Shown here in pieces: positions 18,194-28,234 of a stretch of 64,000 nt of DNA. Under the pieces are notes generated by a model that made no database searches, was not told the origin of the DNA, and saw only the letters and a program-made list of their open reading frames with translations. The stretch comes from a virus, in the IMG/VR virus record IMGVR_UViG_3300045131_002929, positions 82,618-146,617 of that record, one strand, 5' to 3'. Position 1 is the first letter of the stretch; each line of letters opens with the position of its first letter. Both the position numbers and the translations under genes were made by a program.

Positions 18194-21100
18194 GTGAACA
18201 TTTCGATGTGGCGAAGCGGATCGAGTCCGCTGACAGGGCCGAGGATAGCGATCGACACGGAGACGGAGCTGATCGTCGACCACAGGACGCCGCCGCTGGT
18301 CCTGATGCAGGTGTACAGCGGCGGGGACACGGTGCACCTGGTCAAGTGGCAGGACGCCAAGGAGTACCTGGACAGGCTGTCGGAGGCCTGCCCAAAGTCC
18401 AGGGTCGTGTTCCACAACGCGCCTTTCGACATCGCCGTGCTGGACGGCCACCAGTGGCTGGAGACGGGCGTGGAGGACGGCCGCATCGGCGACACGATGC
18501 TCAGGTTCGCGCTGTGGAAGCTCGCCACCATGGGCGACTACGTCGCTTTGAACCTGGCGACCGCGGCAAGGGACGTGATCGGCATGCCGCTGAACAAATC
18601 CGAGGACATCCGACTCACGTTCAGCAGGGACATGATCGAGCCGGACGCCGCCCATAAGGAGTATGCCGCCGCCGACGTCATCGCCACCTGGCGGATCGAC
18701 GAGGCGATCCCGAGGAGCGGGACGCAGACGGAGGAGACGCAGGTGAAGGCGGCCATGGCGCTCTACGACATCTCCAGGACGGGCTTGGCCGTGGACGAGC
18801 AGCGAAGGGCCAAGCTGGAGGCCAGGTTCACCAGAAAAGTCGAAGAGACGCTGGAGATCCTGGACGCCAACGGGTACGTGCCCGGCAAGACCGGCAACAA
18901 GGCGGCGCTGCAGACGGCCCTGAAACTGATCGAGACCATGTACGGGATAAAGCTGCCGCGCACGGAGAAGAAGGGCGAGATAAGCGTGTCGAAGGAGGCC
19001 ATGGCCGAGATGTCGGAGGACATCCCGTTCCTGTCAGCGCTGAAGGAGCACGACCATTACAACAAGATCCTGTCAACGTACCTGCAGAAGGGCGTGGCAG
19101 GCGTGGACGGCCGCGTCCACACGCGCTTCAACACCCTGATAAAAACAGGGCGCACGTCGAGCTCAAAACCAAACCTTTTACTGCTCAACGAGTTACAACT
19201 CGCTGCATAATGTTGGAGGTTGTAAAACCCTTTGAATTGCTGGGATATCCTTAGGTCAACACACCACAGCGTGGCCGGCGACGGCGGGCGCGAAGGTTTG
19301 AGAAGAGGTTGACAAAAATACCTAAAAGGTATATAATAGATGTTAGGTATTAACAGGGGACAATCAGCAGGTAAGGGACTATGGTATGCAAGCAGACTCT
19401 CTGATAAGACTCGCGTTGAACGCTAGACTAGGCGACGGTTGTTTCTGGAAGCACCCTGAATGCGTGAACTACAAACTCGTATTCACAGGTACGAATAGAG
19501 ACTGGATCGCCTATAAAGGAAGAATGTTCGACAGGGAACCGAAGCTAGCGAGGAAAGCCGGATCGACTAGAGAAGGTGTATTCAAGAACTCTAAAGATTT
19601 GTGGAGCGTGACCACCCTGGTGGACCCGTTGTTCACCGAGTATAAGCACAAATCTATAGGAGAATGCTTCGACGAGGTTCTTAAAATCGACTTCTACCAC
19701 TGGTTTTTAGACGACGGGTCGGTCATAGAGAGGCGTGATTCATTCAAAGGGCGCCGCATGAACTACAGATACATCCTGTATCTAGGCAGCCTGTTGAGTG
19801 GTGACGCCTCCGACGAGGGCAGCTTCTTCGAAATGGTCGATCGAGTTTTCAAAGACACGCTGGCAGGCGCGAACCATGGAACGATCTCGCAGAACGGGTG
19901 CTCTAAGAACCCATGTAACGACAGGGCGTGGCAGATACCAGTCTGCATCGGACGCGAGCTCGCGATAGGGGCAGGCCGTCTAGGAGTCGAGGGATTCGAG
20001 AGAAAACTCAGATACAACCCATAGTTCAAACTTCAGAGACCATCCCGCAAGGGAGTAGGCGACCCAGGGTGAAGGGCGTCGAAGCAGAGGGGCGGTTCGA
20101 TCCCGCATGATATGGTCCGCTCACCATGGCGACATGGTGAAAGACGCCTGACCCGGGCGTCTCAACAAAAGGCAACAGCTACCAAGGGCCGACGGCATTC
20201 GAGGGATGTACATCCCGGCCGACGGTCACGTGTTCTCGGCCACGGACTACGCGCAGCTGGAGTTATGCGCGCTGGCGCAGCACTGCAAGACGACCTACGG
20301 TAAGTCGAAACTGGCCGAGGTCATCAACGACGGCACGGACGTCCACAAGTTCCTAGCGTCCAAGATATACAACATCGACGTCGGGCAGGTTACGAAAGAT
20401 CAGAGGCAACTGGCTAAGGCAGCCTCATTCGGTCTACCTGGCGGATTAGCCGCCCGGACATTCGTGACGTACGCCAAGGGGTACGGTGTGGACATCGACG
20501 AGCCGAGGGCTCAGGAGGTCAAGGCCATCTGGCTTAAAGCTTTCCCTGAGATGGAGGAGCACCTAAAGCCGATCAGCGTGGAGGACGACTACGGCAGGCC
20601 GTGTTTCACGGCGGTGACGCTGACAGGGAGGAAACGAAGCAACGCCACGTACTGCGAGGCTTGCAACTACGTCTTCCAAGGCCTTAAACTAGCTGCGTGA
20701 GGCCTATAAACGGGGTGAATTCGAAGGAAGCCGACTTGTCTATACCAGGAACACTGGTACGGTAACTTCGAGCCAAACCCCCATGGCGACATGGGGGAAG
20801 CGTGTAACGACTAGGTTCCCGAGTCTCACTGAGACGGTAATGGAGCCCAAGAGCGCCCTGGACCCTTAATAAGGGTTGTGACATAGTCTAAACTGACGCG
20901 AAGACTGGTGTTGCGTCAGAAGCGCCGGATAAAGAGCCGGCGCGGTAATAACATTGGCAGCGGACGGAGCGAAGCTCGCCCTCTGGGAGCTCCGCAAAAA
21001 AGGGTTGCGAATTACAAATTTTATTCATGATGAAGTACTTGCAGAGCTACCCGAAGGCAGCATAGACGATCTCAACCAGGAGGTGCACGACATAGAGCGT

Positions 21101-21271
21101 ACGATGATCGACGCGATGCGGCAGGTACTGCCCGACATCGACGTGAAGGCCGAATCGGCCTTGATGGACCGCTGGTACAAGGCGGATGGCATGAGGGACT
21201 CGGCAGGGCGGCTCGTCGTCATTACCGAGGCTATGATCGAGGCCGAGCAGGCCAAAAAGAAGAAAAAGTAA
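18194..21271 (+). CDS. family A DNA polymerase, spliced from exons 18194-19177, 20173-20685 and 20957-21271
   Basis: 3'-5' exonuclease AIDTET and FHNAPFD; joining the exons gives TGRTSSSKPNL|QQLPR, motif A DYAQLEL, motif B RQLAKAASFG, NYVFQGL|AADGAK and motif C IHDE. Confidence 0.92.
19309..19337 (+). promoter_or_regulatory. consensus sigma70 promoter inside intron 1, upstream of the endonuclease
   Basis: TTGACA-N17-TATAAT, exact consensus. Confidence 0.85.
19386..20024 (+). CDS. intron-encoded LAGLIDADG-type homing endonuclease
   Basis: ARLGDGC and YHWFLDDGS motifs; low GC; lies inside intron 1. Confidence 0.75.
   Translation: MQADSLIRLALNARLGDGCFWKHPECVNYKLVFTGTNRDWIAYKGRMFDREPKLARKAGSTREGVFKNSKDLWSVTTLVDPLFTEYKHKSIGECFDEVLKIDFYHWFLDDGSVIERRDSFKGRRMNYRYILYLGSLLSGDASDEGSFFEMVDRVFKDTLAGANHGTISQNGCSKNPCNDRAWQIPVCIGRELAIGAGRLGVEGFERKLRYNP
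20686..20956 (+). mobile_element. group I intron 2 in the DNA polymerase (271 nt, no ORF)
   Basis: Exon end GGCCUU pairs with guide GAGGCC; GCUGC pairs with 3' exon GCAGC; terminal G; core elements GAAUUCGAAGGAA, AACUUCGAGCC, GUAACGACUA, GACAUAGUCU. Confidence 0.9.
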
Positions 21272-21290
21272 CCAAACACAGGAGCACCAA

Positions 21291-22613
21291 ATGGCTTACA
21301 AAAGCTCACACACGTCCAATGAGCGCGAGGAGCGCGGGAACTACATGATCAGCAGCCGGTACCCGAACCACTATTTCACAAAACCCAACCAGCAAGGCAT
21401 GAAACGCTGGGAGTTCAGGCTCTACCCGGCATACGACCAGGAGCGCGGCGAGTGGCTGCCGCAGTCGTTCCACGCGGACGGCGATCCGGTCAACGGGATC
21501 GGCGAGTCGTTCCGCGCGTACGAGTGCGCCATGTTCCTCGGCAACAAGATGATCAGCTTCATCAGCGAGACCACTGACTACCCAGAGAAGAACAGCCCGG
21601 CGTACATGTTCGTGAAGCGGATACTCAAGTTCTTCGAGGAGGAGGGCAAGCGCCGCGTCGACCCTGAGTGGCTCAAATGGCGCGACACCTTCAAGCTGTC
21701 CGTCCCGGGCGTCTGCATGCTCACCCAAGGCCTGCTGCTGCACAACCACGAGGGGCCGGTGGCCGACAAGATGGGCAACCCCCGCGGCCCGTGCGTGATC
21801 TACCTCCCAAGGTCGGCCACGATGGACATGGAGCCCAAGCTCACGACGAAGATCCAGCAGAACAAGCCGCTCTCCGCGGAGAACAGCCTGATCGGAGACA
21901 TCACAAGCCCGGAGAAGGGCCGGATCATCGTCATCACGACCACTCCGTCCCAATCCTTCGGCAACAGGCCCGGCAAGAACACGGAGCTGTATGTCATCAA
22001 CTCCGGCGCGGAGTTCCCGCTGGATCCCGACTACTGCCGCCGCAGCTACGTCCCGTGGGCGCAGCTGGTCCAGCTGCACGACGCCAAGTGGCAGATCGGG
22101 AAGCTGGTGGAGACGTTCGACGCCAAGAGCGTGGACTACGCGCTCGGCAAGGATCCGGACTACGGCAAGCTGCTGCCGGAAGGCGTGAAAGGCGCCCACT
22201 GGAACCACCCGAGCGAAGGCGCCCCGGTATCCATGTACCAGCCGCCCGCGCCGCCGGTCTACCAGCAGCCCGTGTATCAACAGCCCGCGTATCAACAGCC
22301 GCCGGCGCCGCCCGTCTACCAACAGCCGGCGTACCAACAACCAGCCCCCGCCGCCTACCAGCAGCCGGTTCCGCCCGCCGCCTACCAGCAGCAGGCTCCC
22401 GCCGCCTACCACCCGCAGCAGCCGGTTCCGCCGGCCGCCTACCAGCAGCCGGCCTACTCGCCAAACGTGGTCGTCGACGCGGACGGCGATGTCACGGTCA
22501 TGGACGAGGGCGCGCAGCACGTGGCCCCGCCGGCGAACCCGGCCGCCAACGAGCTGCTCCGGTCCATCATGGAGGAGCGCGAGCGTCAGATGAAGGCCCA
22601 GGGCCTGAAGTAG
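21291..22613 (+). CDS. putative single-stranded DNA-binding/recombination mediator protein with YQQP-rich tail
   Basis: Sits between polymerase and RecA; N-terminal FRLYP segment is reminiscent of gp32-type SSBs; function is inferred. Confidence 0.5.
   Translation: MAYKSSHTSNEREERGNYMISSRYPNHYFTKPNQQGMKRWEFRLYPAYDQERGEWLPQSFHADGDPVNGIGESFRAYECAMFLGNKMISFISETTDYPEKNSPAYMFVKRILKFFEEEGKRRVDPEWLKWRDTFKLSVPGVCMLTQGLLLHNHEGPVADKMGNPRGPCVIYLPRSATMDMEPKLTTKIQQNKPLSAENSLIGDITSPEKGRIIVITTTPSQSFGNRPGKNTELYVINSGAEFPLDPDYCRRSYVPWAQLVQLHDAKWQIGKLVETFDAKSVDYALGKDPDYGKLLPEGVKGAHWNHPSEGAPVSMYQPPAPPVYQQPVYQQPAYQQPPAPPVYQQPAYQQPAPAAYQQPVPPAAYQQQAPAAYHPQQPVPPAAYQQPAYSPNVVVDADGDVTVMDEGAQHVAPPANPAANELLRSIMEERERQMKAQGLK
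22236..22458 (+). repeat. degenerate coding tandem repeat encoding (Y)QQP/PPA units
   Basis: About ten TAYCARCAGCC-like units. Confidence 0.85.
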
Positions 22614-22620
22614 CAGCCAC

Positions 22621-22650
22621 GGCCGGCGGGCCCGCAGCCGCCGGCCTATT
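22621..22650 (+). terminator. possible intrinsic terminator or stability hairpin
   Basis: GGCCGGCGG/CCGCCGGCC stem with a short TATTT tail. Confidence 0.4.
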
Positions 22651-22668
22651 TCCAAACATGAGGCTTAC

Positions 22669-23868
22669 ATGGGTTTCTTCGAAAGTTACATAGAGGAGGC
22701 GCGGAAGAAGTTCGGCGACGACAAGCTTCTCGTCGGCAAGGAGGAGGATCAAGACCTGTTCGGGGTCGAGCTGCCCTCCTTTTCGCTCCAGTATCTGATC
22801 CACAGCAACATTCTGCCGATGTCCAAAATCATCGGCCTGGCCGGGCCGCCCGCCTCGTTCAAGTCGGCCATGGGGTTCGAGATCCTGAAGTGGCACGCGC
22901 AGGCCGGCGGCTACGGCCACCTGATCGAGACGGAGAACAAGCTGAACCCCGCGTTCCGGGACAGCGTCCTCGGCAAGGAGGCGGCCAGAGCCGTGAAGAC
23001 CGACACTGTGGACAGCGTGGAGCAGGCCCAGATGCTGTTCAGCAACGCGCTGAAGTACTACAGGTCCAAATGCCCGGGCAAGGACATCCCGTTCGCCGTC
23101 GACGTGGACTCGCTAGGCGCGTCGGCCGCGGCGGCGATGCTCGACGAGATCGAAAAGACGGGCCACGCGTCCAGGACGTACCCGGAGGCGGCGCTGCTCT
23201 GGACTTTCTATTTCAAGAAGATCAGCTCCGACATCATCGGACTGCCTTTCACGGTCGTGTTCACGAACCACCTGAAGGAGAAGATGGACAGCAAGGTGGC
23301 GTTCGCCGAGAAGCCGACCACCAAACAGGGCGGCGTGGCCCAGGACTTCCACGCGATGTACTACCTGTACTTCACGCGGGTGGCCGACATCAACCTGGCT
23401 TCCAGGGAGGGCGCGCTGATCAGCATCAAGGCCCATAAATGCGGCACGGGTCCGGCCCGGCGCAAGATCGAGGTGCCTGTCCTGTGGCATTTCGAGGAGG
23501 ACCCCGAGACCGGCAAGACCAGGCAGATCACCACATGGGACTGGCACGCCTCCACGGCCAAGCTGATGGTGTCGGAGCAGATCGTAGGCAGGATCCGCGA
23601 CGTCTCGGACGTCACGGTGCAGTCCAATAGGTACTCCTCGAAAAGGCTCGGCGTGGCCAGCGTGTCCGACACGGAGCTCGGCGCGGCGCTGTGGGCGGAC
23701 AAGGCCTACATGAAGGAGCTGCGCCAGGCTACCGGGTTCCCTGAGTGGCGAGTATGGTCCAAGCCGGAGGTCAAGCAGGCTAAACCGGAAAAGGCGGAGA
23801 AGCCTGCCGCGGCCAAGAAGCCGAAGGCCGAGAAGCAGTCGGAGCCGGCGAATGGCGCGGACGCCTGA
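22669..23868 (+). CDS. RecA/UvsX-like recombinase
   Basis: Walker A variant GPPASFKS, IETE, VDSLGA, VFTNH and GG..QDFHA (RecA GG.ALKFYA-like). Confidence 0.78.
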   Translation: MGFFESYIEEARKKFGDDKLLVGKEEDQDLFGVELPSFSLQYLIHSNILPMSKIIGLAGPPASFKSAMGFEILKWHAQAGGYGHLIETENKLNPAFRDSVLGKEAARAVKTDTVDSVEQAQMLFSNALKYYRSKCPGKDIPFAVDVDSLGASAAAAMLDEIEKTGHASRTYPEAALLWTFYFKKISSDIIGLPFTVVFTNHLKEKMDSKVAFAEKPTTKQGGVAQDFHAMYYLYFTRVADINLASREGALISIKAHKCGTGPARRKIEVPVLWHFEEDPETGKTRQITTWDWHASTAKLMVSEQIVGRIRDVSDVTVQSNRYSSKRLGVASVSDTELGAALWADKAYMKELRQATGFPEWRVWSKPEVKQAKPEKAEKPAAAKKPKAEKQSEPANGADA

Positions 23869-24316
23869 GGGGTTCTTCGACGGGTGGGACGCGGCCAAGG
23901 CGAAGACCAAGGCCGCGGCCACCCTGAGCTACGGCGCGAAGGCGCTGGAGAAGGTCTGGCCGGGCTGCGTGGAGCGCAGGCGGCTGAAGGAAGGGGCCAA
24001 CCCCTTCCAGGAGGCATACCACAAAACAGGCGCCCGCGTGTTCGACGAGATGACGGCGTTCAAGGCGGACGCCAGGATACAAACACTGCTAAAAGGCTTT
24101 TTCAAGTCCGAACTGTGGAAAAAGTTCGCCGAACGGCTTGAAGAATCCAAAGAAGCGGCTATCGTCTTCAACGTCGTCGGCGCCGGCGATTGGGTGGTGC
24201 ACGCCAGGCGGAACTGGCGCAGGCCCGACGCGGGCCGCCCGCTGATCATGTATAGCGGCTCCGAGGGCGGAACCGTGGTGATACAGGAAATGGCTCAACT
24301 CGTCGAAAGGCAGTAG
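23852..24316 (+). CDS. hypothetical protein
   Basis: Overlaps the recA-like stop; codon bias. Confidence 0.6.
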   Translation: MARTPEGFFDGWDAAKAKTKAAATLSYGAKALEKVWPGCVERRRLKEGANPFQEAYHKTGARVFDEMTAFKADARIQTLLKGFFKSELWKKFAERLEESKEAAIVFNVVGAGDWVVHARRNWRRPDAGRPLIMYSGSEGGTVVIQEMAQLVERQ

Positions 24317-24319
24317 ACA

Positions 24320-25153
24320 ATGGGAGAGATCGTAAAAACCGAGCTGGCAGGGACGCAGGATCTGAAATCCGAGGCCGTGGGCAGGGAGACGCTGGAGAAG
24401 CTGCGCGAGATCGCCTCAGGCAGCCACAAGCATGAGAGCTACCAGGCTCTTGTGGAGTACCACAGGCGGCACATGCGCGGCTTCTACCGGAAAGCCATGG
24501 TGGCGCGGTGGGAGCTTGGCCACGACCTGTTGAAGATCAGGAACGGATCCGTGTACGGCGAGAAGACGCTGGAGAAGTTCGTCGAGGACCTGAACGACCC
24601 TTCGTTCTCCACTAAGCTGGCTTACGCCTGCGCCCAGTTCGCCGAGATGTTCTCCCCTGAGGAGCTCTGCGAGACCATGCGCTACGAGCATGTGTACTGG
24701 GGCGTCGTGACCCGGCTCATGCGCGTCAAGGACCGCGAGGACAGGCGCAGGCTGATGAAGGCTCTGGACTCAGGCGAGATACAGGCGTCCAAGCTCGACG
24801 AGGAGCTGCGCCGGATGAAGGATTCCGCGGAGGAGTCCGAAGCGCCGGACGAGGATCTCGGCGATTCGCGCGTGGAGAGCGGCGAGGCCGGCCAGTCGGA
24901 AAACCCGCAGGAGCGGAAGACCGTCACGAAAGGCTTCAGACAGCTCATAGAGCACTGCGCCCTGCTCCGCAAAGCATGCAAGCAGGCCATGAAGGATCTC
25001 CAGAATCTGGACCTGGTGGCGGACAACGACGAGAAGTACGAAGAGGCCGTCGAAGTCATGTGCGACGCCGTGGAGGAAGCCTCCGCCGCCATCGAGCTGC
25101 TCTCGGAGTATAAGACCGAGGCCGCGCGCTACGCCACCCCCTCAAGAAGTTAG
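24320..25153 (+). CDS. DUF1016/YhcG N-terminal-like protein
   Basis: WELG...YGEKTLEKFVEDL...FS...QFA...WGVVTRLMRVKD.EDR pattern, recognised by eye. Confidence 0.5.
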   Translation: MGEIVKTELAGTQDLKSEAVGRETLEKLREIASGSHKHESYQALVEYHRRHMRGFYRKAMVARWELGHDLLKIRNGSVYGEKTLEKFVEDLNDPSFSTKLAYACAQFAEMFSPEELCETMRYEHVYWGVVTRLMRVKDREDRRRLMKALDSGEIQASKLDEELRRMKDSAEESEAPDEDLGDSRVESGEAGQSENPQERKTVTKGFRQLIEHCALLRKACKQAMKDLQNLDLVADNDEKYEEAVEVMCDAVEEASAAIELLSEYKTEAARYATPSRS

Positions 25154-25162
25154 GAGGCGGCG

Positions 25163-25696
25163 ATGTCAGGCCCAGCTTTGCGAAGATGCCTGTTGTGCCG
25201 CCTGCGGTTCTGTTCGAGCTGCTCAGGCGAGCGGTACTGTCCGACATGTAGGAAAAGACATAAGACAAGGTTGCAGTCCGGCGTGGAGGTCATACCGTGC
25301 ACGGCCTCCATGGAGCGGCACATGCAGACCGTCGAGCTGTTCGGGGCGGGCAAACTGGAGATGGACCCGAGCCCCGAGCTGCTGACGCGGGTGGACAGGT
25401 TCCTGGCCGACCCTGGAGCCGACTTCGACGACTCCGAGATATATGACCTGATCGACAAAGCCTCTAAACCCAAACGAAGGAGCACGCGAACATGGGCCAC
25501 GAAGAAGATCGCAAGGAAGCCGGAACTGGCTCCGCCCGCTCCTCCGCCGCCGAAGGCTCCGGAGCCGCCGGCGGTGGCGGTCGAGCCCGGCGAGTCCATC
25601 ACGGCGTCCGCCGGCACTCTCACGAAAGTACGCAGAGTCCGCGCCGGCAAGGCGCGGCAGTTCGCGGCCTGGGATGACGACATGCTCTGCGGCTGA
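25163..25696 (+). CDS. hypothetical protein with N-terminal Cys cluster
   Basis: SD AGGAGG; CLLC...CSSC...CPTC. Confidence 0.6.
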   Translation: MSGPALRRCLLCRLRFCSSCSGERYCPTCRKRHKTRLQSGVEVIPCTASMERHMQTVELFGAGKLEMDPSPELLTRVDRFLADPGADFDDSEIYDLIDKASKPKRRSTRTWATKKIARKPELAPPAPPPPKAPEPPAVAVEPGESITASAGTLTKVRRVRAGKARQFAAWDDDMLCG

Positions 25697-26663
25697 CGAG
25701 GCCCCCAGGCTGCGCCACGCCGAGGCGGCGAGACTGCGCGACGAGGTTTTCAAGGCCCTGCGCGCGGAGGGGCTGGCGGGCGACAAGCCCACGGCCCCGG
25801 ACTGCAGAGCGCTGGCTTTGGCGGCTTGCGCGGCCTTAGGGCTGCATGGCGCGATGACCGCCAAAGCCGCCGCCGACACGCTGCTGCACAGGTTGTTCGG
25901 CAAGCCGGTCACGGCCAAGCTGCTATACGCGGCCGCGGCCGCCCTGGCCGGCAACAGGGACGCCCTCGAGGCGGGCGACGCCATCGCCGAGTGGGACGGC
26001 CGCGCGGAGACCTGGACGGCGCTAGAGGTCATAGACGTCGTAAAGGCGGGCCCGGGCCGCCGCGAGGTGGCCATGCTGGCGGCCACGGGCGCCCCGGCGG
26101 GCATTGTATTCAGACCGACGCTCACTGACAGGTACGCCCAGTTCCTGCTCCGCGAGATCGGCTATCCCAAGTTCAAACCATGCTCCGCCAGGGAACTGTT
26201 CGGGCTATGGCTCACCTGCAGGGTCCGAATGGACGGGACGCGGCCTAGGCTCGCCTCGGTGTGCGCCTCGCCGGCGCAGCGCAAGCGCACCGCCGCCATC
26301 AGGGCCATAAGGCACGGCGGGTGTCCTTTCAACAAGCCCACGGAGTGCGAGGACTGCTTCCGCGGACTGGACGCGTGCCCCGGGGCCGTAAGGCCGGTAT
26401 CGTTGGAGAGGACGGAATGCGCCGCCTGCGGCCGCCAGCTATGGCTGGAGCCGGGCGCCGTCAAAGAATGCTACAAATGTTCAGAAAGGATGGCGAACCA
26501 TGATTCGATTCAGACCGAAGGACCAGCCGAACGGGCCTATGTACATGCCGGCGGCGGATGTGACGCGGATGCTGCCGAAGGCTGTGTCGGCGTCGCTGCG
26601 GGGGCTGGAGGGCCGGGAGGCGATCCAGCCGGACTTGAGGACGCTGGCCGCGAGGCTGGCTGA
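25674..26663 (+). CDS. hypothetical protein with C-terminal Cys clusters
   Basis: Codon bias; several CxxC pairs; 3' end overlaps the next gene. Confidence 0.55.
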   Translation: MTTCSAADEAPRLRHAEAARLRDEVFKALRAEGLAGDKPTAPDCRALALAACAALGLHGAMTAKAAADTLLHRLFGKPVTAKLLYAAAAALAGNRDALEAGDAIAEWDGRAETWTALEVIDVVKAGPGRREVAMLAATGAPAGIVFRPTLTDRYAQFLLREIGYPKFKPCSARELFGLWLTCRVRMDGTRPRLASVCASPAQRKRTAAIRAIRHGGCPFNKPTECEDCFRGLDACPGAVRPVSLERTECAACGRQLWLEPGAVKECYKCSERMANHDSIQTEGPAERAYVHAGGGCDADAAEGCVGVAAGAGGPGGDPAGLEDAGREAG

Positions 26664-26967
26664 ATTCATACATTCCGCCTACGACCCGAAGGCTTCGTGG
26701 GAGGCGGCCGCCCTGCCAAGCGTAGGCAGGCTCGAGGACGGGATAAGCGAAGAGGCGTTCAACGCTTTCCTCAGGCAGTTCCTGGCCGCCATGCTCGACC
26801 TCTACTGGCACAGCGCCAGGGAGTGCCCGGCGGATCCGACGCTGCCGAAGGACGTGGAGTCGGCGCTGTCGTTCGCGGCCGTGCTGCGGACCATGCCGAA
26901 GAAGCTGCGCGAGGAGTATCTCGAGCATGCCCGTTCCGTGAACTCGCTGCCGGGGCGCCTGGACTGA
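26500..26967 (+). CDS. hypothetical protein
   Basis: SD GAAAGGA; codon bias. Confidence 0.6.
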   Translation: MIRFRPKDQPNGPMYMPAADVTRMLPKAVSASLRGLEGREAIQPDLRTLAARLAEFIHSAYDPKASWEAAALPSVGRLEDGISEEAFNAFLRQFLAAMLDLYWHSARECPADPTLPKDVESALSFAAVLRTMPKKLREEYLEHARSVNSLPGRLD

Positions 26968-26968
26968 C

Positions 26969-27625
26969 ATGTCGGACACCATAGGCGACGCGTGGAGCAG
27001 GAAGTTCCGCGTGGACCCGAGGCGGCGCGCATGCCTGAGTTTCGCTACGGACGGGCTTGGATCCGACTCCGTGCCGATACAGATAGGCGTAAGGATAGGC
27101 GGCGAGACCGGGTTGTGGTATGTGACGGGCGGCGACCCGCGCAGAAACGCCGACATCACCAGGATCCTGAGCGACGAGTACAACAGCAAGGCGCTCGCCG
27201 TCGACGACGCCGTAGGCGAGCTGGCGGCTTTCATGGCCAAGCGCGGCGACCCGCAGCTCATTCTGCTCAACTCGCTCAAATGGAATAAGAAGACGCTGCC
27301 TGTGATGCTGCCGCGGCTGTGGGCCCTGCTCAAAGGCAGGGCGCTCATCGGCCTCGGCGACGCCGTATGCGCGTACAAGCACGACGGCTTCGAGCTTTCC
27401 GAATCCCCGACCCTGCAGGCGGGGGCCGACAAGGCGGCCTCGCTGTTCGCCGGACTGCCCGGCTACAGCAAGCGCAGGCTCCGCGAGCTCTGCGAGGAGG
27501 CCGGCGTCGAGGCCGCGATCGTGCGGTCCGAGGAGTTCAGACCATGGGCCACGCTATGCGAGAGCACGCTCCTGCGCCTGGACGCCCTCTATGAGGCGCA
27601 TCTGGCCGAGCCACTTAAATTATAG
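26969..27625 (+). CDS. degenerate DnaQ/DEDD-like exonuclease fold protein
   Basis: CLSFATDGL...PIQIG...ITRI...SKRRLRELCE resembles ExoI-III spacing but lacks the acidic residues. Confidence 0.4.
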   Translation: MSDTIGDAWSRKFRVDPRRRACLSFATDGLGSDSVPIQIGVRIGGETGLWYVTGGDPRRNADITRILSDEYNSKALAVDDAVGELAAFMAKRGDPQLILLNSLKWNKKTLPVMLPRLWALLKGRALIGLGDAVCAYKHDGFELSESPTLQAGADKAASLFAGLPGYSKRRLRELCEEAGVEAAIVRSEEFRPWATLCESTLLRLDALYEAHLAEPLKL

Positions 27626-27643
27626 CCGGGCCAGGGCATAATA
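27614..27643 (+). promoter_or_regulatory. candidate promoter NTYAAA-N17-CATAATA
   Basis: CTTAAA...AGCCGG-N7-CATAATA, same as at 9596. Confidence 0.45.
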
Positions 27644-27821
27644 CATTGAGCGGAGTCCCTAAGATGTCGGACCACGACGTCAACGAGCAGATGCGGATCG
27701 TCACGGGGCTGCTCTCGATCCTAGGCAAGATCGGGACGGCCTCCAAGGAGGCGACCAAGAACAGGCCCGCGGACGAGCGGGCCAGACAGACGGCTAAAAA
27801 AATCAAAAAGGGAGAACGGCG

Positions 27822-28181
27822 ATGAGCAGCAATCTATGGAAACGCATCGAGTCCAAAGCAACACGCGGCGTCGGCAGGGGCGACTGGGTCTGCGGCCGCA
27901 TAATGGAGGACGTCCTGGAGTTGGGCCGGATCCATCCAAGCGGCATCGTCCAGGATATTCTGGCGAAGGCCGCGCAACTGCATGCGGATGTCCTGGCCGA
28001 GCACAAAGACAGAATGTCGTGCTCGATGAGTCTGTTGGCGGCCAAGCCGGCGAGCGCCATGCCGCGGGCCCTGGCCGCGGCGGATGACGCTGTCGCCAAG
28101 AAGCTGAGGGGCGCGGTTGAAAAAGCGAGCAAGTCGGAGTCCGGCATCAACAACCTCGGGCAAGCCTTCCCGAAGGCCTAG
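27822..28181 (+). CDS. hypothetical protein
   Basis: SD GGGAG; followed by a terminator. Confidence 0.6.
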   Translation: MSSNLWKRIESKATRGVGRGDWVCGRIMEDVLELGRIHPSGIVQDILAKAAQLHADVLAEHKDRMSCSMSLLAAKPASAMPRALAAADDAVAKKLRGAVEKASKSESGINNLGQAFPKA

Positions 28182-28203
28182 GCCTTCGAGGCTCCGCTCA
28201 AAG

Positions 28204-28230
28204 AAAACAGGGGCGACCCTGTTTTTTTTT
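28204..28230 (+). terminator. intrinsic terminator
   Basis: AAAACAGGG-GCGA-CCCTG followed by T9. Confidence 0.8.
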
Positions 28231-28234
28231 AGCC

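Larger units (their letters stand above)
19178..20172 (+). mobile_element. group I intron 1 in the DNA polymerase (995 nt, carries a homing endonuclease gene)
   Basis: Exon ends in U and intron ends in G; guide UGUUG-GAGGUU pairs with 5' exon AACCUU and 3' exon CAACA; core elements GAAUUGCUGGGA, AAUCAGCAGG, UUCAGAGAC, GAUAUGGUCC. Confidence 0.9.

Noticed and set aside
19210-20954. Pseudogenised or frameshifted DNA polymerase, or stop-codon reassignment
   Set aside because: The interruptions are fully explained by two group I introns, and other genes end normally at TAA, TAG and TGA
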